DNA from: Callorhinchus milii
Lineage: Eukaryota
Assembly (NCBI RefSeq): GCF_018977255.1
Contig: NW_024704742.1
Location: 100,504,001-100,568,000 of the forward strand
Length of the DNA: 64,000 nucleotides
Reading direction: 5' to 3'
Position 1 is the stretch's first letter. Each line of letters begins with the position of its first letter. Positions 38,362 through 50,456 of this stretch are shown piece after piece. The translations under genes were made by a program, and so were the position numbers. The notes under the pieces were generated by a model. That model searched no databases and was not told the origin of the DNA. It was given only the letters and a program-made list of their open reading frames with translations.

Positions 38362-39373
38362 CTCTCTGTAACCAGGGCTCCCTCTGCCGCCTCTTACTCA
38401 TCTATACACTCGCTCTTGGCGATGTAATCCGCAGACACGGGGTAAAATTCCACATGTATGCGGTTGACACACAAATCTACTTTGCTTCCTCCAGCTGCGA
38501 CTCTAGGCCCGCCGATGTTCTGTCAGCTTGTCTGGCAGACATCAGGACGTGGATGAATGAAAACTTCTTACAACTAAATGTCAACAAGACGAAAGCCATA
38601 CTCCTTAGCTCTTGTCAATGTCTTCTATCCTGCGTCTTTGACCTCCTCAACCTCCCCGGACTATCCCTCAGACTCACCGAACCAATGTGCATCTTTGGCA
38701 TGAGGATTGACCCACAGTTGTTCTTCCTTCCCCACATCGTCCCTGACCAGGACTGCCTTCTTCCACCTCGGTCACATTGCCCATCTCCCACTGTACCTTA
38801 CCCCAGACGCATCTGAAACACTTGTGCATGTGTTCGTCACCTCCCGACTCAACTTTTCAATTGCCCTCTTTCCGCTCAACCCAGCTCCACCATGCACAGG
38901 ATCCAACTGATCTGAAACTCTGCCGCCCGCATACTCACCCGTACTAAACTCCGTACCCCCATCACACCTGTTCTAACCAGGATCCACTGGCTCCCTATCG
39001 TGGAATGGATCAATTTCAAGATCCTCACACTCGTTTTCAAATCCCTTCGCTCCCTGGCACCTCCCTGCCTCTCCGACCTGCTTACCCTCCAAACCCACAA
39101 CCCCCGCTAGACTGGCTCTAGCCTTCTGCATGTCCCTCGTGCCTTCCGTTCCACCATCGATGGCTGCACTTTCAGCCATTACACCCAAAACTCTGGAATA
39201 CTCTTCCCTCTGCCTTGCCCCTTCCTTCTCCATCTTCAGGTCGTGCATTGAAGACCTTACTCTTTGACCGTGGCTACGGTCACCTCCCCCTCCTCCCGGC
39301 TCAATGTCATGCTCTTTCAAGCGCTCTCAGATGCTATCCTGTGCTATATCAATGCAAGCTGTTGTTGCTGTTA
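38362..39373 (+). mobile_element. L2 LINE, ~1 kb 3' portion (RT to 3' end), frameshifted
   Basis: Peptides MYAVDTQIY (YADD motif), LSACLADIRTWMNENFLQLNVNKTK and ETLVHVFVTSRLNF; tail gctgttgttg. Confidence 0.9.
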
Positions 39374-40996
39374 CAGGGAGCAGATTCACCATCTCCATTG
39401 TCGTTAGTGATATTTAGAGCTGATCCAGAATTACCGAACCTTGGGAACGTTCAGCACGAGGAAGCATAGACCATAGGGTCAGAAATGAATGTTTCCAGAG
39501 CCAGGTGCCCTGCACGTCCACAAATATACAGCCAACTCACGTTGCAGTCTATTCTGTGAAGTGCTTTGAGACGGCTAGAAGATGTGAAAAGCGCTATATC
39601 AAATGCAAGGGTTATTATTATTAGCTAACAAGCTGGCCTCACTCATTTCAATGAAACCGACTAGTCTCCTCCTTGCAACAAAAATTACTCATTGAACAAG
39701 AGCAGTAATCCAAGACCCTCTGTAAAAGTGAGAATTTTTTTTTGCTTTGGAAAACAATTCTGAAGGCACTATTCTCCATCTCTCTTTGCTTCTTTTATCC
39801 TAACGAGACCCATTTAGCCTACCCAGCTAATTTCCCCAAAGATCCCTTTGACACATCTATCATTAACTATTTGCCCCAAATTCTTTTTCATTTCAAGAAC
39901 TTGTTTAGCTCCCTTTTGAAACTGTTTTTACAGTTCATTATTCCACTTCCTGCGCTGGTAATTTGTGTCAATTGAAAATCTCTCATCTACTAAAATAGAT
40001 GATGTAACTTACATTATCTATCTTGGTAGATGAGATTCAATCCACGATATCTTGTGGGACACTGCTATATGAAATTGGTTGAAGCATTTTGCCCCAAAAA
40101 TATACAGTCATTCGCTTTACAGTATATTCTATGAAGTGCTTTGAGACATCTCAATGACATGATAAGGCACTATATCAAATGCAAGGATCATTAATGTATT
40201 ATTATGCACATTGGACATCAAACCCCACAATCCTTCACACTTATTTGATTCTGTATTCCATAGCTATATCAAATGCAAGGCTTATTATAACTACTCAGTA
40301 AACATACTGATTTGCACTGCAGGGCTATGGGTGAACATGTCAATCACTCAGATCATTTTTATAACAGTAAAAGAGAATTTCTGACCACATTAATGCCCCC
40401 ACCCCACATGCAAAAAAAATCCAAGGAATGTATGGCCTTCAATATGATTATTTTAACTTCTTGAAATATTATTTCAGTGTAGCAAAAATTGTAAAAAGAA
40501 TTACCCATGCAGTGGCTATTTTAATATAGGATTCCCATTGCTGCGAATATTGTGATCAACATGTCTGCTGATGAATTATCCAGTTGGTCTTCACATTCTT
40601 GGTTGTAACCTTTTCACCAACAGTTTTTCTTGCACTTGGTCCTTTTGTTCTGGAAATACAAAGGGTGCCACTGCTCTTTCTTTCTGCTGCTGTTAATATT
40701 CTGTATTTATGTATATTTGTTATTGCACAATTTCTTTCTAGTAGCTTATTGTGATTGGGTGATTGGACCTTGACATTTTAGTTTCTTTGTTTGCTGTTGC
40801 TGGGATTGTAATATTTTCTTCAGTATTGATTTCTGTTGTTCTGGAACATTTCCCCAGTGTCTTACAGAGTCTTGTACTTCACTGCTATTAGCCACTCATT
40901 TGCTGACTTGTAGTTTGTTTAGTTTAATTAGTTCTGTGTTAGGCAGGTGTGCATGGATTAATTTGAACTCATCTCTGCAATTTTCTTATTTTTCAA

Positions 40997-42506
40997 TTTA
41001 TTGGTTTTATTTTTTCTCACTGAGAATCTCACGTCTGGTCTCTTTCTTGACTGTTTATTGGGAGCTTTTACCTATCAGGCCCTATAAATGTAAGTATGTT
41101 GGTTGGTACATTGAGGTTTTCAAGTTTCACCCATGTAATAATAAAATAACACTCGCATTTCATATAGCATCTTCTCATATCGAAACATCTCAAAGCACTT
41201 CACAGTTATAATAATAATAATAATAATAATCCTTGCATTTGATATAGCGCCTTTCACGTCGGGAGGACGTCCCAAAGCGCTTCACAGAACACACTGTAAA
41301 GTGAATTGACTGTATATTTGTGGGCGAACGCGGCAGCCAATTGCGCACAGCAATGTCCCACAAACAGTCGTAGATTGAAAATGACCAATTTATTATTGTT
41401 TTGTTTTGGAGGGATTATTATTAGGCTCTGTGTGGAGTAAGGAAACTTGCCCAAGGTTTCGCCCTCTGCCTGGAACTGAACTCAGGTCTCTCACTTGCAA
41501 AGCGAGTGCTCTAACCACTGAGCCACAAGACTCCACGTCGTGACTGTATCAGTAGGTGAACAATCTCCCCCTCACAGTCGCAACAAAAGATTTTATTCTT
41601 TGGGAGGGATGGGATTGTAAGTATTGATCTCCATTGAAATTTTTTTAATATTATTGTTGATCTGATTTCATCCCTGGATTGTCTGACCGCTGTGCTCAAT
41701 AATCTCAAATTCTCTTCCAGGTAAAAATCAGTCACTCACTCAATGGCTGTCTATGGCCACCCTATTTGCCTACAAATATACAATAACTACACATGACAGC
41801 AATTCCCTGTGAAACCCTACATTGTTTTGACATTATAGGTGCTATATTATATATTATAGCTCGAGTCTGAAATGCTGTACACTTGTCCAGCGCCTTGGGA
41901 CATCCTCCTGACGTGAAAGGTGCTATACAAATGTAATCTTGTTGTTGTTGCTATATCAAAGGCAATAACTGCCATATCAATACTTCTTTTTTAAAAAATC
42001 AAATTCATTGCATTTAATGTTCTGTGCAAACGTATTTTTTATGTATTTTCTCATCAGTATGTTTTTGTCGATTTCTGCCACCACTAAATACACATGTGAT
42101 ACCACATCAAACATTGCGGGTTTGCTGATATACAGTCTCACAGGCTATGGAAAGCATGCTTTACCACTAGCTACTACCACAAAAAAGAAAGCAGAACTGA
42201 TAAAAGAGAATCAAAGAGGGAAGGAAGAGGAATCTGCACAGTTTATTCACCTCCATAATATGACAATGAAAAGTGTGAACTCTAATTAATGGTAATTACA
42301 GTGAAGTGCTTTGAGATGTTTCAATGTGAGAAGGTTCTATATGAAATACAAGTATTATATGATTATGACATAGGTGAAACTTGAAAACCTCAACGTACTA
42401 ACCAACACACTTACGATATACAGGGCCTGACAGGTGAAAATTCCCAATAAACAGGCAAGAAAGAAGCCAAACACGAGATTCTCAGTGAGAAAATAAAACC
42501 AATAAA
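40997..42506. repeat. Diverged inverted repeat (arms 40997-41206 and 42298-42506)
   Basis: tttattggttttattttttctcactgagaatctc...gaggttttcaagtttcacc...aaacatctcaaagcacttcac is mirrored by gtgaagtgctttgagatgttt...ggtgaaacttgaaaacctc...gagattctcagtgagaaaataaaaccaataaa. Confidence 0.92.
41208..41534 (-). mobile_element. Full-length young tRNA-derived SINE, short form
   Basis: Intact A and B boxes, long (AAT)n tail, CpGs retained. Confidence 0.9.
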
Positions 42507-45500
42507 CTGATCTTGGAGGAAAGGAAAGTCAGGAAGAGGGAGCAGAAAAAGGCCATTCAAGATGTAATACATTCCATCCTATTTCTCGACAATGTCTTCT
42601 AAAGTCTACCTGCTCCATTGGTAATGCTCCTTGCACTGTAAATTTTGAAACAAAATGAAGAGAGAAAACAAACATCTCCACATACAAAACTGCAATTTCA
42701 CACACAGCCAAACAATGCTGTATGTAAGCAGCACAGATTTCTCTTCTCTCTCCCCCCACCCATATTTTTGGCAGAAATTTAAATGCAATAAAATTTAGCA
42801 GAGTCAACCAGGTAAATTGGAGTAAAATATAGAACTACAGAAGCAGCAGGCATGGCACCTGCTGATTTTTGTTTTTTGGGGAAAGAAAGGGTATGATAGC
42901 TGCCTATATGTCTAAGACTGGACCAACTCCAATGAATCCAAATCAGCATTTGTCAGAGACCATTTCTTCAATATGGGCTTTGTTGACTTGCTGCCAAATC
43001 AGTTACATTTTTTAACAGATTCAACCGGTAGATTTACGTTAAACTCACTGCCGCTATAGAACAATGCATATGGAAGCTATGGAGAAGTCTCGCAGTCTGA
43101 AGGAAGGGGGGAAAAAAAGCATTTTTATTGTTCCTTAACATGAAAACATCTTGGAACTCTTTACAGTAATTACTGTCAAGCGTAGAAAGCCATTTTGAAT
43201 GCAGGAATTCCACCCACCCAAATGAAGGATCCAACATCAAGGTGGGACGAGACCAAGAGGGGGTAAAATACAGAGAAAAACAATTATAACATCTGCTATA
43301 TTGGAGTTATTGGACACCAGGAACTGAATGGGAATGACAAAAAAGAAACATGACCATCTCCAAGCTCTCCATAACTGTGTTAGGGAGGAAAAAGCGAGCA
43401 AATGAGTGTGAGCAAGAGAGAATGTGTGAACAAGTGAGAGAGCTTGAGCAAGTAAATGGGAGAGTGAGTGAGAACGTTTGAGCAAAGTATAAGCGCGAGG
43501 AAGTACAAGAGGAAGTGAGTGCAGGCAAGTGAGTGAGAGCGAGCAAAAAAAAACTTGCTGTCTATATCTAGAACATTTTTTTGCATTATACAATTACTTT
43601 GCTGCAAATTACAGGAGAGAAAAATTTAACTTCACTGTGTTCATCGGGACAAGATCTCCTGAATCCAATTTAAGCATAACTGAACTCTGGCAATATAGCT
43701 GCTTTAGTGCAAGGAGTTTAATGTGCTAGAAAGCACGTTTCACATTTCTCATTGCAGGTACATTCTGTTACCTTACAAATACAAGTTGTTGGGAGGGGGA
43801 AAAAAAGAAAGGACCATAAACAATTTACAATAAATAAATAATTATAGTTAAAGTTAATATAGAATGATTTCATGCCTTCTTCACTGAAAGATGGCACTTT
43901 TTTTTTAAAAAAAGTACTGAATTTAAACCATTTTTATTTACTATTTATAAAGACTGTGAACGCGATGATGTGCAGTAAAATAATGCTGAATCAAGAAATG
44001 ATGCCTTTTTTTGGTGAAAAGGGTGGACATAACACACATGAAACAAGCAAAGTAAGATGATAGATAGGTAGATAATAGGTCTGTCGGGTGCAGAAACTGA
44101 AGTCATTTTAGTGCCTACACATTGCTTCACTTTAAAATCCAAATGAAAAACTATGAGGACAATTGAGACAAGAGCATTTTGTCACTGGAAGAAACATTTC
44201 CGTGCTTCACTTAGGCCAAAAGGCTGGAGACGTAATGGGATCGGAAACCAGCAGATAGAAACAGTGATGGATTTAAGTTATTAGCAGAAGCAAAATGATG
44301 GATGGTATTCTGCTTTTCTTAATCTACATCATCATCATCTAGATCCACCAAAAGATATTTTTGTACACTAATAAACTTAGTTAATGCCGAGATAGTCGGA
44401 GCAGGATAATCTGCAGTGTTGCACTGCATCCATATCGATCAATAAAATCACTTGTACCAAGGAAAGCACTGTTAACTTCTGACAATCCCAGTCATTAATA
44501 TTATTTAACACAGCACTAAGTCGACTTTCATGAGGAAGAAAGATTTTTAAGTCCTTTAGTGTTGTACTACTTTTGTCTTCATAATAGGTTTGTAAATACT
44601 GCAGTAATGGATTCAATTTAGTGATTACTACTGAATTAGTGGACACTCAATCGACAGTGAAATATTTTATAGTCATGTTCCAACTTGTTCGTTTTTTCAC
44701 AGTAGTTTTAAGCGCAAGTAACAACATGTGGGTTTGAAAGTCCAAGAAAAGCAATTTTTGAAGGTTTTTTTGGACAGCAACTATTGTTAGGATTATTGGT
44801 TTAAAAATGCTTTACTTGATGGGAGATAAAATTCAACAAAGTGCCAGGGAATTTTTTCACAAAAAGCTGGAAATTTAAAACGGCTTAAAGTAATGCAATG
44901 TATGGGCATTTAGAAACACTATTTTAACTTTCTAAAGGTTAAAAAGATAGATATGAGTGTAGACCTCACAGCCACTTCACAACAGTAGCTATTGATTCTG
45001 AGGACATACCATTTTAAAGTAAAATCGGATAAAGATTTGAAGAGGAACAAATAAAAACATATGAAGGGGGAGCAACATATTGGGGTTAGAGTAATTAGCT
45101 CCAGTGGAGGAGCCAGCAGCACCATTTTAGGCTTATTGCGCAGAGATTGTGTTAATGCGCAATCGTGCTTATATTACCCCCAAAAATCTGCCTGTACGCA
45201 AAAAGTGGCACACTGTGAGTACTGTGTACTGACTTGTCAACAACAACAACTTGCATTTATATAGTGCCCTTCGTGGTGTATGGCGTCTGGTTGGAGTTCT
45301 TTGTTTTCTCGTGGCTCTGATTGTCATCAGATGACCATGCATAACACGGACCAGTCAATTGGCATATTTTGGTCCAACCCCCAAGATGTGTCAATCCGAT
45401 CTGAGAGACTGGACCGAAATGAAACATGCCAGTTGATTGTCGATGTTAAGTATGAGGATTTAGGATGTACTCATTTTTTTGGATAGCCATGTGTACACAG

Positions 45501-45649
45501 CACACGTGTTTAAAAAACATAACGCAATCTCTGATGTGTCAAACAGCCTCTGTCTATGCTAAAATCTCTATGATACCATAACAGTTGTGTGAAAGCCTCA
45601 ATAACCTAGTGTTAACCTGAAGTAATCCATCCAGAACTGTGCAATATGT

Positions 45650-46120
45650 ATCCGCTCCTGCACTAGGCAAAATCACCATTCCATCCTCACTCAGCTCCAC
45701 TGATTCCCTATCCCCCAGCAGAACTAATTCGAGATCCTTGCCATCAATTTCAAACCTCTCGATGGCCTCATCTCTCCCTACCTCTGCAACCTCCTATAAG
45801 CTTACAACTCTGGACACTCTCTCCGTTCAGCAAACACCGGCCTGCTTCACGTCTCCTACCAATCTGTCCCATTATCGGGGGGGGGGGGGTGAGCTCTCAA
45901 GAGATTTTGCCCCGCTCAAATTATTCATCAATGCTTATCTGCATTGAGTGCAGTGCCTCCATCTTCCCTCCTTGCCTTAAGACGCATCTTTGATAACATT
46001 TGTAGCCCCCTTTCCCTCACCCCCAGCTCCCTCAGCTCCTTCCACCAATTCAACCAGTCAGCTGCGTGATTCACTTTGAGAAATTCTCCCAACATAAAAG
46101 TAAATGTAAATTGTTGTCCA
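45650..46120 (+). mobile_element. Degraded L2 LINE 3' fragment
   Basis: ctccactgattccctatcccccagcagaactaattcgagatcctt (LHW.P....I.FKIL-like) and an L2-type tail aaatgtaaattgttg. Confidence 0.6.
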
Positions 46121-46868
46121 TTTGCCCAGAACAGGCACTAGTCGAAGTTCCATTGGTGAACCACTGCTTGTCCTCCTCCATCAACAACTTTATCAGTTAG
46201 GATACTTGTCACACTGTCTCTTGTGCAATGGCCTGGTGTCTTTACTATAGTGATGACACTAGAACTGTACATGGTACCAACTTTAATGGCAAAGATTTTC
46301 ACTAGAAAATTCCCATCTTTTTGGTGAAAATCAAAATTTGATAAAAAAAATTCTCCTAAATTTGATTTGCAAAAAAAAAATCAATTTATTTTCAGTGCAA
46401 ATAATAATCCTTGCATTTGATACAGTGCCTTATCACGACTTTGAGGCATCTCAAAGTGCTTCCCAGAATATACTGTAAAGTGAATTGATTGTATATTTTG
46501 TGGGCAAAATGCAGCAGCCAATTGCACACAGCAGCGCGCCACAAACAGGCATGGATTGAAGTGACAAATTTTTTTTATATAAAGGAATTTTACCCCCAGA
46601 AAGCGATCCACAAATCGACTAACAATCAGGCTCCTAACAGATGGTCCACACACATCAGTTTCTGGAAATGTGCACACTGATTTTGAATCCAGGATTGCAT
46701 GACAGATTGCTGGGGAAACAATTTTAGTGCCTATAGAAATCTCACCCATATGTGGATATCTTTGTGCACAAATGGTTGTTTTGAAGGTATAAGAAGGTAA
46801 GTCTGTAATACTTACTTTGGAGTTATAGAGAAAGAGGCAGAACATTTGAGTTATAATAATACAATAAG

Positions 46869-47173
46869 TAATAATCCTTGCATTTGATATAGCACTTTTC
46901 ATGTCTTCTAGACATTTCAAAGCGCTTCACAGAATGTACTGTAAATTGACTGTAATTTTGTGGGCAAAACTCAGCAGTCAATTGCACACAGCAGTGTTCC
47001 ACAAACAGTGCATGGATTGAAGTGACCAATTTTATTATTGTTTTTTGTTCTTGAGGGATTATTATCAGGTGTGTGGACTAAGGAAACTTGCCTGAGGTTT
47101 CACCCTGCCGGGAATTGAACCCAGGTCTCTCGCTTGCGAGGTAAGTGCTCCAACCACTGAGCTACAGGACTCC
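46869..47173 (-). mobile_element. Full-length tRNA-derived SINE, short form
   Basis: Head caaccactgagctacaggactcc (reverse complement), body and tail. A partial long-form copy precedes it at 46400-46640. Confidence 0.88.
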
Positions 47174-47537
47174 ACGTTAGAGAGAGAATGAAAAATGGAC
47201 TGAGAGAAATATGCAGAGAAAGATAAGGTGTGCTACCACGGTGACAGTATAACTCCTGAGTTAGTACTTTTTCAGTTAACATTGCAGCCAATTTGTATTT
47301 TGGTAATGTCCAATTATCCACACTGTTTGGATTGGGTACTGACCCATACCTTTCTGACTTAGTGGCAAAATATATTTCGCCCACAAAGTATACAGTTAAT
47401 TCACATTACAGTATATTCTGTGAAGCGCTTTGAAACGTCTCGAAGACATGATGAGGCGCTATATCAAGTGCAATTATTATTAGTAGTAGTATTATTAAGT
47501 GTGCCACCAACTGAGCCAGCCTTGTTTATTTTTGATT

Positions 47538-47855
47538 GAGTTCCTGTAGCTCAGTGGTTAGAGCACTCGCTTTGCAAGCGAGAGACCTGAGTTCAGTTCC
47601 AGGCAGGGCGAAACCTTGGGCAAGTTTCCTTACTCCACACACCTAATAATAATCCCTCCAAAACCAAAAACAATAATAAATTGGTCATTTTCAATCTACG
47701 ACTGTTGTGGGACATTGCTGTGCGCAATTGGCTGCCACGTTCTCCCACAAAAAATACAGTCAATTCACTTTACAGTGTGTTCTGTGAAGCGCTTTGGGAC
47801 GTCCTCCTGACGTGAAAAGCGCTATATCAAATGCAAGGATTATTATTATTATTAT
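47538..47855 (+). mobile_element. Full-length young tRNA-derived SINE, short form
   Basis: GAGTTCCTGTAGCTCAGTGGTTAGAGCACTCGCTTTGCAAGCGAGAGACCTGAGTTCAGTTCC...(TAT)n. Confidence 0.9.
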
Positions 47856-47974
47856 CAATTTTAATTTACACCTTTATATTACATTTTCAATGATACAATG
47901 ATCATAAACCAGAAGAACACAAGAGTCTTACATAATTCTCACATTGTGTAGGAAGTCCTGAATCACCAATAGTG

Positions 47975-48016
47975 TTGAATCTTCTACAGAAACTATTGAA
48001 TCTTCTACAGAAACTA
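47975..48016 (+). repeat. Perfect 21-bp tandem duplication
   Basis: ttgaatcttctacagaaacta occurs twice in tandem. Confidence 0.9.
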
Positions 48017-48530
48017 AAGATATTGTGTGACATTAATGGGGGTGAGTGGAGGGGGGCGGTAGGTGGGGTGAAGAGGAGGTATACGTAGGCACAGAGCAAT
48101 GGAAAGATCAACCTTTGGCAGACAAGTTCAGCATAACCATTCCAACTACAATGTGTGTGGAGGATGCAGGCTGCTATGACAGTGACAGAAATGGGCCATT
48201 ATCTTTGTGTAGTCTGGATGTCAGAATTCTTGGCATCAACACACTATGGTGTGAAGTGCCCCTTTGATCTGCTAAATCAATATGAAATTGCAGAATGCAT
48301 TGTGTGTGACAGCATGACAGAAGAAAGCTGAAACATGTATTTGGCAAGCCACACTCCATGATATATTTAACGGGTTAAAACACCTTTGAGGGCAGGGCAG
48401 TCAGTAGGCTCATTTACAGACAATAGATAGAAGGGAAACCCCAACACAGAATACATGTTAAACAACTCGGCTACATAATCTCCATCTATCAGACAGGGAT
48501 TTTGTACATTTTGAAAAGAGTGAACCATAC

Positions 48531-48635
48531 CTGGAGATAGGCTTCCAGACCCTGCCGTCGCTGCTCCAACACTTTAGGTACCCAGTTTCTCACGTGCTTT
48601 GAGGGCATTTCAGGCGTTTTAATGCTTTTCTTCAG
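48531..48635 (-). CDS. SNX24: Sorting nexin 24, exon 3 (PX domain)
   Basis: ggaaAG / GTatgg boundaries, 105 nt. Reads LKKSIKTPEMPSKHVRNWVPKVLEQRRQGLEAYLQ. Confidence 0.96.
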
Positions 48636-50372
48636 CTTTCCAGCAAAACAAAAATGGTTAAACATCAAATATTACAAAAGAAATCAACTATATCACTTCA
48701 ATCAATGTGAGATGCTGTCTTTCTACCCAAATCATCAATATGCCAACACCATTTTGTAAATTCTTACTTTTTATTTCCCCTTTTATATAAGTACAGCTCT
48801 ACGAGATTTACATATTTTTTGAGTTGAGAGGTAATATAAGTGACACGATGCAAATCACGTTACATAGCATTCCCAGGCATGAACAATGAGGATCTTACAT
48901 ATTTTCCTATATTTGGTTGGTACGATAATAATAAAAATGATTATAATAATCATTATTCTTGCCTTTAATGCAACAATTTTCACATTGGGAGGACATCTCA
49001 AATGATTTCAGAGATTTACTGCAAAGTATAATGACTGTGTATTTTATAGGCAAAAGCAGCAGACAATTTGCATACAGCAATGTCCATGAAGTGAATGACC
49101 CATTTTATCTGTAAGAAACTCCCTTTTTCATTTACTGATAGGCAATGATCTTGCCTCGGCAGTGGACACAGTCTGGGGGTTTAGGAGCATGTGCTCCCTG
49201 TGGGCATGTGATTCGATAGAGTGATTGGATACTCCTTATACATTGCTGGTCTCAGATCTCTCTATAGGTAGCCCTGGTAATGACACCTCAGACACCCAAA
49301 CATAAACAAGACAAGACACAGAGGTCTGCAAGTTCTACCTCTAGATGACTACCTGTTGCATAATGAGGGCGGACATGTTCAACATTGCAAAAAGCACATC
49401 TCCCCCTTCCCACTACCAGCAACAACATGTTTTAATGGGGCACAAAGCTACTGAAGCCATTACCTGTGCAGTGCACATGGATGCAGCGTGTAAGAAACAC
49501 AGCTGATGGCATTCCCTGAAAGACGAACAGAGCTGTCGTCATTTGCTGCATGAAGGAAACGTGGCTTTTGCCATTGTCTCAGTGCCTCAGAAAGTCAGCA
49601 ACTGCGCGTGTGAGTTCAATAAGTTATAACCAAACGCCCACAATAACGAGGCACTCCAACAGGGTCGTCTGTACCTAGAAACGCATAATAATGAAACCTG
49701 GGGTGCGAGTAGGGGGATGGGGGAAGTGTCAGACTTTGTTCCATTCAACAATGATAAGCCTCACTATGATGAATGGGTAGAAAAATATAAGATTTAATGG
49801 AGGGAACAGAAACGTATCAGTCATCTAGCATTAAATACAAGGCAACTCTGAATACACACCAACTGACAACAGTACAGCGAGATTTTCACTATCCATTCAC
49901 CGGTGGGGTCTCTATCCTCACTGGGAAGATGACAGATCTGACAGCCTTAACAAGAGACTAAAATAACCGATTTTCGACAATACACTGCATGCAGTTTATT
50001 GTACAAGTGGTTAGAATCTGCCATGATTAATTGGGTCTGCAGCCAACTAAAGTGTTACAAATGTATACACCCAGCACCAGTTCAGAAAATACCATTTGCG
50101 AACAATATTTTGTTGGGAGGAATTCTTTCGTCAACAGGAGTCAAGGAGCCATCATCCCAGCTGCCATCTTCCATGACAGCACTGCCAGGTGAGTAATGAA
50201 CTCTTCAGACGAATGGAGACAAATTCAAGACAATTCAAGTTTGCAGCAGGGCCTTGCTGCTTACAAGATAAATACTCTAAGGGTGCCACTTCAACCGATG
50301 ATTAACAATCCCGCTTGCTCTGTGGCCCTATAGCACAACTCTAGTGGGCAGGAGACGAGAGAAAAAAATTAC

Positions 50373-50456
50373 CTTTTTGTGGAGTGCATGAAATTCGCTG
50401 TACCTCTTCTCTACAAAGTGCTTCCTTCCACTCATTAGAACCTCAATTTTAAATAC
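50373..50456 (-). CDS. SNX24: Sorting nexin 24, exon 2 (PX domain, RYSEF motif)
   Basis: cctttgcAG / GTaatt boundaries, 84 nt. Reads [28 protein letters not shown]. Confidence 0.96.

Noticed and set aside
40540..40980. A-rich minus-strand stretch with ISRHVDH, reminiscent of a Gypsy integrase C-terminus
   Set aside because: Too degraded; only one short motif supports it.
44377..44646. 89-aa minus-strand ORF with faint resemblance to hAT/ZMYM1-like transposase (LNPLLQYLQT)
   Set aside because: One short motif, with no TIRs or other catalytic motifs visible; would need an HMM search.
46295..46332. Short hairpin GATTTTCAC...GTGAAAATC (similar weak palindromes at ~17560-17990 and ~37570-37675)
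   Set aside because: Possibly decayed MITE ends, but the arms are short and AT-rich with no TSD, so they cannot be told apart from chance by eye.
49999..50196. Plus-strand ORF ending at a strong donor-like CAGGTGAGT (possible antisense exon)
   Set aside because: No recognisable protein similarity, acceptor or partner exon; a single consensus donor is expected by chance in 64 kb.
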